DNA from: Desulfobulbus propionicus
GTDB lineage: Bacteria; Desulfobacterota; Dissulfuribacteria; Dissulfuribacterales; DYOW01
Assembly: GCA_020720325.1 (NCBI GenBank)
Contig: DYOW01000003.1
Coordinates: forward strand, 3,522 to 57,463
DNA length: 53,942 nucleotides
Direction of reading: 5' to 3'
The translations under genes were made by a program, and so were the position numbers. Below, one piece after another: positions 49,287 through 53,942 of the stretch. Positions within the stretch are counted from its first letter, which is position 1. Each line of letters begins with the position of its first letter. Under the pieces are notes generated by a model. It saw only the letters and a list, made by a program, of their open reading frames with translations. It did no database searches and was not told the origin of the DNA.

Positions 49287-49568
49287 TTAGTTCCCGCAAG
49301 CCCTGATGAGCGTCCATATTCCTATGGCTATAAATCCAAATCCGGCAAGATAATGCAGATGTTTTTCACAAACATATTGCGAAATAATGCCACCTGCAAT
49401 AACTCCAATTGCGGAAGTAAAAATTAAAGCCAGGAATGAAGCTAAAAATATCATAAATTTACTGATATTTTTGTCTGCGGCAAAAAGCATTGTGGCAAGC
49501 TGAGTCTTGTCTCCAAGCTCAGCAATAAAAACAGTTGCAAAAACAGCAAAAAAAAATTTGTTATCCAT
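49287..49568 (-). CDS. UPF0016 (GDT1/TMEM165/MneA-like) family membrane protein, single-domain form
   Basis: 93-aa ORF with three hydrophobic segments and the family signature ELGDKTQLAT in the first one. Confidence 0.75.
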   Translation of the reverse strand: MDNKFFFAVFATVFIAELGDKTQLATMLFAADKNISKFMIFLASFLALIFTSAIGVIAGGIISQYVCEKHLHYLAGFGFIAIGIWTLIRACGN

Positions 49569-49629
49569 TTAAAAATACAATAATTAATTGGGAAGAACAA
49601 TCATGATTTATCATTAGTCCTGAAATTTT

Positions 49630-49767
49630 TTAGGGCTCATTTGAACCGCATGAGCCGCAGCTCCCGCCGCAACCGCCGCAGCCCTTTATAAAGGTGCGGA
49701 AAAGAAAATAAATTGCCCCTCCAAGAATTAAACTCATTAATATGATATCAAAAATACCAATGTCCAT
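49630..49767 (-). CDS. 45-aa Cys-rich single-TM peptide (resembles the FeoB-associated Cys-rich membrane protein family)
   Basis: Not in the ORF track because it is under 60 aa. Hand translation gives MDIGIFDIILMSLILGGAIYFLFRTFIKGCGGCGGSCGSCGSNEP*. A strong SD, AAGGAGGAAAA, lies 7 nt upstream, and the ORF starts 26 nt after the ATPase stop. Confidence 0.7.
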   Translation of the reverse strand: MDIGIFDIILMSLILGGAIYFLFRTFIKGCGGCGGSCGSCGSNEP

Positions 49768-49793
49768 ATATTTTCCTCCTTGTTAAAGTTTTT

Positions 49794-51905
49794 TTATTTT
49801 TTTAATGGCAGAAACGAATTTAAAAGTGTTGATAATGTAAGGATATTATGCAAAAAAGCAGCGGATAGAGGTCCTATAAATCCGGTTGAGGCAGAAAGCA
49901 ATATTAAGGAGTTTAACCCGGTTGAGATATTAAAGTTTTTGTTTATTATATCCATGGTGTCAACGGCTATTTCTTTGGCGGTGACAACAGGATATATTTC
50001 ATTTTTTATCAAGACAATATCCGCCACATCTTTAGCCATATCAGATGCGTTATAAACAGCGATGCTCACATCAGCGATGGAAAGCGCGGGAGCGTCATTT
50101 ATTCCGTCCCCGCAAAAAGCGATGATATTACATTCTTCTCTCTTTAATTCTTCTATTATTCTGGATTTATCTTCAGGAAGCAGTTTATAATAAACCTCAT
50201 CAAGCCCTATCTCTTCTGAAACAGCCATAGCCTTGTTTTTCTCATCGCCTGTAAGCATAATGACCTTGACAGCGCCCGATTTTTTCAATGCGATTATGGT
50301 ATCTTTGGCATCATGTCTTAATTTTTCCTTTAATGCTATAATGCCTATTGGCTCATAGTCCATAGTCATATAAAGAAGGGTTTTTCCTTCCAAAATAAAG
50401 GATTTTATTTTATTGTCATATTCATCAAAGGAAATATCCTCGTCTTCCTCAATAAAGTGATTGCTTCCCACCAGAACCTGTTTTTCATACACATTAGCCT
50501 TTAGCCCGTGTGCAATAATATATTCAACATCTGAATGTTTTATGTGCTTTAATTCCTTTTGCCTTGCATGTCTTACAATAGCCTGACCCACAGGATGATT
50601 ATAGTGTTCCTCAAGCGAGGCTGCCATAGCAAGAATATCATTTTCATTATAATCCTGATGAAAAGAGATTAAGTCCGTTATTTCCATGTGTTCTGATGTT
50701 AATGTGCCTGTCTTGTCGAAAACAAAAACATTGGCTCTGGAAAGCTTTTCAAATGCATTTCCGCCCTTTATGATTACTCCTTCAGTTGTCGCTTTATACA
50801 TTGAAGACTTAAAGGCAACAGATGGAGAAAGCTTTATGGCGCAGGCATAATCAACAAGTAAAACAGAAGCTGTTCTTTTTATGTCCCTTGTTAAAATATA
50901 GACTATAGAGGCAATAATCAATGTTATAAAAACACTCCTGTCTCCAAGTTTATCCGAATATCTCTGAATATTGCTTTTTGATGCAAGAGATTTTAATATA
51001 TATGAGGATATTCTTGCTGTTATGGTTTCTATTCCTATTTTTTCAGCCCTTATTTTAATAGCTCCTTCCCTTACTGTTGAGCCGGACAATGCATAGTCAT
51101 TTATTTCTTTTTTTATTGGTATTCCCTCTCCTGTAAGGGAAGACTCGTCAACAAGCGCTCCTCCTGAAATAACTGTTCCGTCTATTGGAATTATATTGCC
51201 TGCGTTGACAGACACTATATCATTAATATCTATATCATTTATATTTATCTCTATAAGATTATTATCTCTTTCAACCCAGATTTTTTCTATTGATGGATTT
51301 AATAATTTTGTTATTGCTTTATCCGCCTGATTAGTGGTGAAATATTCAAGATATTCTCCTGTTTCTATGAGAAGATATGTCAGGTTTGCCGCAAGATAAT
51401 TTTTTCTTAAAAGAGATATAAGCACAGCCAATGCGGATAAAACATCCGCTTTAATGCCTTCAAGAAATAATTTTTTTATTCCTCTTAGCAAAAGCGGCGA
51501 CACTGATATAAAGGTCAGGATATTTTTCAATGTCTGGGGCATTATAGGCAAAAACAATAATAAAACTATGCTTCTTGATATGTGAAAAAGGTCTTTTTGT
51601 TCAATTTCTCCTGGATATACAAAGCGCTCGGTATTTTCATCACTAAAATAATTTATAATTCCGTCAATTATTTTTTCCCTTGTTTCAATATTATTATCAT
51701 AATTAACAATAACGGAATTAGCCAGAAGATTTATTCTGGTTGCGGTCACGCCCTGTATTTTTTCAAAAAAAGCAATAATTTTTATGCTGCTTATTGAATT
51801 TAAATTTACATTAAAAGCCTTAAAGCGTATTCTTTTAGGGATTTCATGCGCTATATAAATATTGCTTTTTTTCAGTTTCAGGTTTTGATTTATTATGTTA
51901 TTCAT
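49794..51905 (-). CDS. P1B-type (heavy-metal) P-type ATPase with a non-canonical transmembrane metal site (YAC in place of CPC) and a Cys-less HMA-like N-terminus; FezB/P1B-6-like candidate
   Basis: 703-aa ORF. Motifs: TGE (SLTGEG), DKTGTLT, the HP dipeptide (YNHPVGQAIV) diagnostic of P1B pumps, MLTGD, GDGINDAPAL. The TM helix before DKTGT reads LLVDYACAIKLSPS, with no CPx/SPC/TPC. Confidence 0.8.
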   Translation of the reverse strand: MNNIINQNLKLKKSNIYIAHEIPKRIRFKAFNVNLNSISSIKIIAFFEKIQGVTATRINLLANSVIVNYDNNIETREKIIDGIINYFSDENTERFVYPGEIEQKDLFHISRSIVLLLFLPIMPQTLKNILTFISVSPLLLRGIKKLFLEGIKADVLSALAVLISLLRKNYLAANLTYLLIETGEYLEYFTTNQADKAITKLLNPSIEKIWVERDNNLIEININDIDINDIVSVNAGNIIPIDGTVISGGALVDESSLTGEGIPIKKEINDYALSGSTVREGAIKIRAEKIGIETITARISSYILKSLASKSNIQRYSDKLGDRSVFITLIIASIVYILTRDIKRTASVLLVDYACAIKLSPSVAFKSSMYKATTEGVIIKGGNAFEKLSRANVFVFDKTGTLTSEHMEITDLISFHQDYNENDILAMAASLEEHYNHPVGQAIVRHARQKELKHIKHSDVEYIIAHGLKANVYEKQVLVGSNHFIEEDEDISFDEYDNKIKSFILEGKTLLYMTMDYEPIGIIALKEKLRHDAKDTIIALKKSGAVKVIMLTGDEKNKAMAVSEEIGLDEVYYKLLPEDKSRIIEELKREECNIIAFCGDGINDAPALSIADVSIAVYNASDMAKDVADIVLIKNEIYPVVTAKEIAVDTMDIINKNFNISTGLNSLILLSASTGFIGPLSAAFLHNILTLSTLLNSFLPLKK

Positions 51906-51910
51906 ATTTT

Positions 51911-52001
51911 TTTGTCTGAATCACGGATTACACGGAAAGGAAAGAACTAATTTAAGCGTCTGAACTGATTTTTTAGAATTAATGAATTAACAGAACTAAT
52001 G
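51911..52001. repeat. Partial copies of a second short-repeat family (GTCTGAATCA / GGATTA-CA-type units)
   Basis: TTTGTCTGAATCACGGATTACACGG (51911-51935) shares its first 13 nt with the left arm of the 52387-52487 palindrome. A related GTCTGAACTGATTTTTTAGAATTAATGAATTAACAGAAC follows. Confidence 0.5.
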
Positions 52002-52091
52002 GAGGCAATTTTTTTGTGAATTCATGTATTAATTTTTTTCAGCCACTCAGACTATCATTAACTGCCTTGCCTTTTTATGTATTAATAATGT

Positions 52092-52277
52092 TTAGTTTTT
52101 ATGCGCAAAAGGATTATAAAGATTATAATGCCACAGTGAAAATCCTATCATGGATACCCCTGCGATAGTATGGTATTCCCAGTTTGCCCTGCCCCTGCCC
52201 ATTCCTGTCCATACGAGATAGAGCATAGAAAGCGTCATGCCTGTTTTGACAATACTGTTTATTGTTTTTTTTTCCAT
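52092..52277 (-). CDS. 61-aa two-helix membrane protein with conserved-looking His residues (DUF4405-like?)
   Basis: It is the only ORF in a 620-nt gap. It has two hydrophobic helices (MTLSMLYLVWTGMG; HTIAGVSMIGFSLWH), no SD, and is co-directional with the cluster. Confidence 0.5.
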   Translation of the reverse strand: MEKKTINSIVKTGMTLSMLYLVWTGMGRGRANWEYHTIAGVSMIGFSLWHYNLYNPFAHKN

Positions 52278-52386
52278 ATTATTTTAATTAAGTTTATTTA
52301 TTTTAAGTTTTATTATTTATACATACAAAAGTAATGGCGCAAAGTATCATTTTAGAGAAGAATTCAGTTTACATATAACACACTTA

Positions 52387-52487
52387 TTTGTCTGAATCAG
52401 TATTTTCAGGATTAAAGGATAAACAGGATAAGCTGTTGATGGGCATCCTGTAAATCTTAAAATCCTGTGTATCCTGATTCAGACAAA
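52387..52487. repeat. 101-nt imperfect palindrome (MITE/REP-like) in the intergenic region inside the cluster
   Basis: Perfect 14-nt arms TTTGTCTGAATCAG (52387-52400) / CTGATTCAGACAAA (52474-52487). The inner arms are built of CAGGAT(T/A)-type units and are largely complementary. Confidence 0.8.
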
Positions 52488-52527
52488 AATTAACAGCTTT
52501 ACTAATAAAGATGTTAATTAATAATAG

Positions 52528-52872
52528 TTATACTGATTCCTTCTCTTCCTTTTTAAGATTTATTTCCTGTTTTACATCCTCAAATTTTTCTTTAATCTCT
52601 TCAATACCTGAAACCACCCCTGTCCAGGACTGAGCCACTGCCTTTAAGATAAATTTCTGGACATTTTCATTGCTGAGAACAAGAGTCAATCCCGCTCCGA
52701 TTAATAATCCCTGCCAGAGATATCCTGAGCCAAAATCAAATCCCAAAATTCTGGGATAATTCTGCTGTGGGTATTGATAAACAGGATAATTTGACTGATA
52801 TAAATTTGATGCAGGATAATAGCCCTGATTTGCGTAATCAGGAAAGACATTAGGCTGGCGGTGACTGCTCAT
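52528..52872 (-). CDS. Small membrane protein: Q/N/P/Y-rich N-terminus, YtxH-like GxxxG helix, charged coiled C-terminus
   Basis: 114-aa ORF. The N-terminal region is QPNVFPDYANQGYYPASNLYQSNYPVYQYPQQNYP, followed by FDFGSGYLWQGLLIGAGLTLVLSNENVQK. The start overlaps the upstream stop (TAATG). It is paralogous in the helix region to 53304-53942. Confidence 0.7.
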   Translation of the reverse strand: MSSHRQPNVFPDYANQGYYPASNLYQSNYPVYQYPQQNYPRILGFDFGSGYLWQGLLIGAGLTLVLSNENVQKFILKAVAQSWTGVVSGIEEIKEKFEDVKQEINLKKEEKESV

Positions 52873-53273
52873 TAGGATTTTTCTCCTTGTTCTTCAGTAT
52901 TTTGAGGCGCTGCCTTTGGTTTTCCAATATATGACATAAGATAACCAACGCCAGTTGCTGTCGCCGCCATAAATAAAAACGGAACTACTCCCCTTGCGCC
53001 TGTCATCTGGGCAACTGATGTTCCCGCAAATGTGGCGACCCCTGCCATTCCACCTTTGACAAGGCTGTCAATGCCTGCCTGTGTCCATGTCATTTGATTT
53101 GACTGGACTTTATGGATATTATTTCCCATGCTGAGTGTGGCGCCAACAATAACGCCGAATAAACCTGTGCTTAATGCCAGTCTGCTGTTAAAATAATTTG
53201 CGGGATAGTAATTATAAGATTGTTGCGGATACTGATAGTTTTGGTTTGGAAAATTTGAATGAGACATAGACAT
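52872..53273 (-). CDS. Small two-helix membrane protein with Q/N/Y-rich N-terminus and a MamC-like helix-loop-helix core
   Basis: 133-aa ORF with AAGGAGAAAC 6 nt upstream. The N-terminal region is NFPNQNYQYPQQSYNYYPANYFN. TM1 is GLFGVIVGATLSMG, the loop is NNIHKVQSNQMTWTQAGIDSLVKGG, and TM2 is the Gly/Ala-rich MAGVATFAGTS...VVPFLFMAATATGVGYLMSYIG. Confidence 0.7.
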   Translation of the reverse strand: MSMSHSNFPNQNYQYPQQSYNYYPANYFNSRLALSTGLFGVIVGATLSMGNNIHKVQSNQMTWTQAGIDSLVKGGMAGVATFAGTSVAQMTGARGVVPFLFMAATATGVGYLMSYIGKPKAAPQNTEEQGEKS

Positions 53274-53303
53274 ATAGTTTCTCCTTATTTTTTATATTTT
53301 AAA

Positions 53304-53942
53304 TTATTTAATTGGTTGTCCTGATGAGAATATATTTGCAAGTCCTTCTTTAACTGATTTATTTGTCAGCAAAAAAGCAATCAAAGAGCCTGCAATCAAT
53401 CCTTTCCAGAATTGTTCATGGTTAAAATCCACCGAAAAAACTGAAAAAATCTCATCTGGCTGTGCCTGACCCGCCATTATTCTGTTAACTGTTTCCATTG
53501 CCATGCCAAACCTGTTTTCCATGTGTTTTGGATGGTGATGGGGTGAATGACTGTGGCTTTGCATTGATGAATGGCTTTGCTGCTGAGGATTGTAGTAATT
53601 AGCCTGATTAGGATCAGCATATTGAGCATGTGGATTGACAAATGGATTTTGAGTCTGATATGGATTTGAAAAAGGGGGATAACCATAAGGATTCATAAAA
53701 TTTGGCGGGACAAATCCTGGAGGTCCATAAGGCTGGGCTTGAAAATTATGGGGAAGAGTCTGCTGAAAAGGAGCGCCATACATCATCTGAGCCTGCATAA
53801 GTTCCTGTCCAAACATCATCTCAGAGCTAAAAGGATTCTGCTGTGGATGCAGCTGGGGCTGGAAATGAGGATTTGTGGGTTGCGGTTGCGGCTGAAAATT
53901 AGGCTGGGGATGTGGCTGGGGATGTGGCTGGGGATGTGGCTG
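53304..53942 (-). CDS. Membrane protein with a long P/Q/H/N/Y-rich low-complexity region and a C-terminal YtxH-like GxxxG helix (5' end outside the window)
   Basis: The frame stays open to the window edge, upstream of the tracked Met at 53819. Hand translation of 53942-53820 gives QPHPQPHPQPHPQPNFQPQPQPTNPHFQPQLHPQQNPFSSE. There is a His cluster HSSMQSHSHSPHHHPKH, and the C-terminus is FWKGLIAGSLIAFLLTNKSVKEGL. Confidence 0.7.
   Translation of the reverse strand, partial: QPHPQPHPQPHPQPNFQPQPQPTNPHFQPQLHPQQNPFSSEMMFGQELMQAQMMYGAPFQQTLPHNFQAQPYGPPGFVPPNFMNPYGYPPFSNPYQTQNPFVNPHAQYADPNQANYYNPQQQSHSSMQSHSHSPHHHPKHMENRFGMAMETVNRIMAGQAQPDEIFSVFSVDFNHEQFWKGLIAGSLIAFLLTNKSVKEGLANIFSSGQPIK
53902..53942. 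repeat. 12-nt tandem repeat GGCTGGGGATGT (at least 3.4 copies, truncated by the window end), coding for (QPHP)n on the minus strand
   Basis: Identical units at 53902-53913, 53914-53925 and 53926-53937, plus a partial unit at 53938-53942. Confidence 0.9.

Noticed and set aside
49780-50055. 91-aa plus-strand ORF overlapping the 3' end of the ATPase gene. The same applies to all other tracked ORFs nested antisense in long CDSs (e.g. 609-941, 4201-4521, 5095-5580, 6192-6605, 23063-23470, 35691-36149, 44347-44757, 46057-46425).
   Set aside because: They are nested in or antisense to genes with clear family motifs and show none of their own. They are expected by chance in long AT-rich ORFs.
51975-52027. 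Possible Fur-box-like AT-rich palindromes upstream of the ATPase (TAGAATTAATGAATTAACA; TGAATTCA).
   Set aside because: Only about a half-site-level match to the GATAATGATAATCATTATC consensus. In DNA this AT-rich, such matches are expected by chance, and part of the region is repeat-family sequence. It could be revisited with a genome-specific Fur matrix.
48282-53942. Calling the terminal cluster a magnetosome gene island because of the MamC-like protein and CDF transporter.
   Set aside because: None of the core mam genes (mamA/B/E/I/K/M/O/P/Q) or mad genes can be recognised in the window. The CDF looks CzcD/ZitB-like with a His loop. The MamC similarity is short and memory-based. A ferrosome-like or novel system is the more conservative reading.

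Overview
This is a 53.9-kb AT-rich window (roughly one-third G+C by eye, not computed) from the chromosome of a Gram-negative bacterium. The gene content suggests an anaerobic Desulfobacterota-type organism, by inference only: Tol system, futalosine-pathway mqnB/mqnD, ThyX, a GH57 glucan enzyme, an EF-G paralog, HDOD and many GGDEF/EAL/HD-GYP proteins. I can support about 52 protein genes, 2 tRNAs (Arg-CCG, Leu-CAA), two families of MITE/REP-like palindromic repeats, one coding tandem repeat and a few terminators and promoters. Most of the window is housekeeping or signalling. This includes serA plus a class-V aminotransferase, a 1272-aa hybrid histidine kinase with an HD-GYP response regulator, tolQRAB-cpoB, ftsB, an rpoZ-dnaJ-moaC-dksA block, GH57/galT, M18 aminopeptidase-thyX, a fusA paralog, an IMPase and an alkaline phosphatase. 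One accessory-looking islet lies at 34.4-39.8 kb. It holds two Uma2-family paralogs, an orphan pilin-like gene, a RelE/YafQ toxin-antitoxin pair and three copies of one MITE. The stand-out is a co-directional minus-strand cluster at 48.3-53.9 kb that runs off the window edge. It contains a P1B-type ATPase lacking the canonical CPx metal site. Around it are at least three small membrane proteins with Q/N/P/Y/H-rich low-complexity N-termini and GxxxG hydrophobic segments (one with a MamC-like two-helix/loop layout). The cluster also has a 61-aa two-helix protein, an untracked 45-aa Cys-rich membrane peptide, a single-domain UPF0016 (GDT1-like) protein and a His-loop CDF. I read it as a ferrosome (fez)-like locus or an undescribed metal-sequestration membrane system. 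All family assignments are motif recognition by eye and need profile searches.
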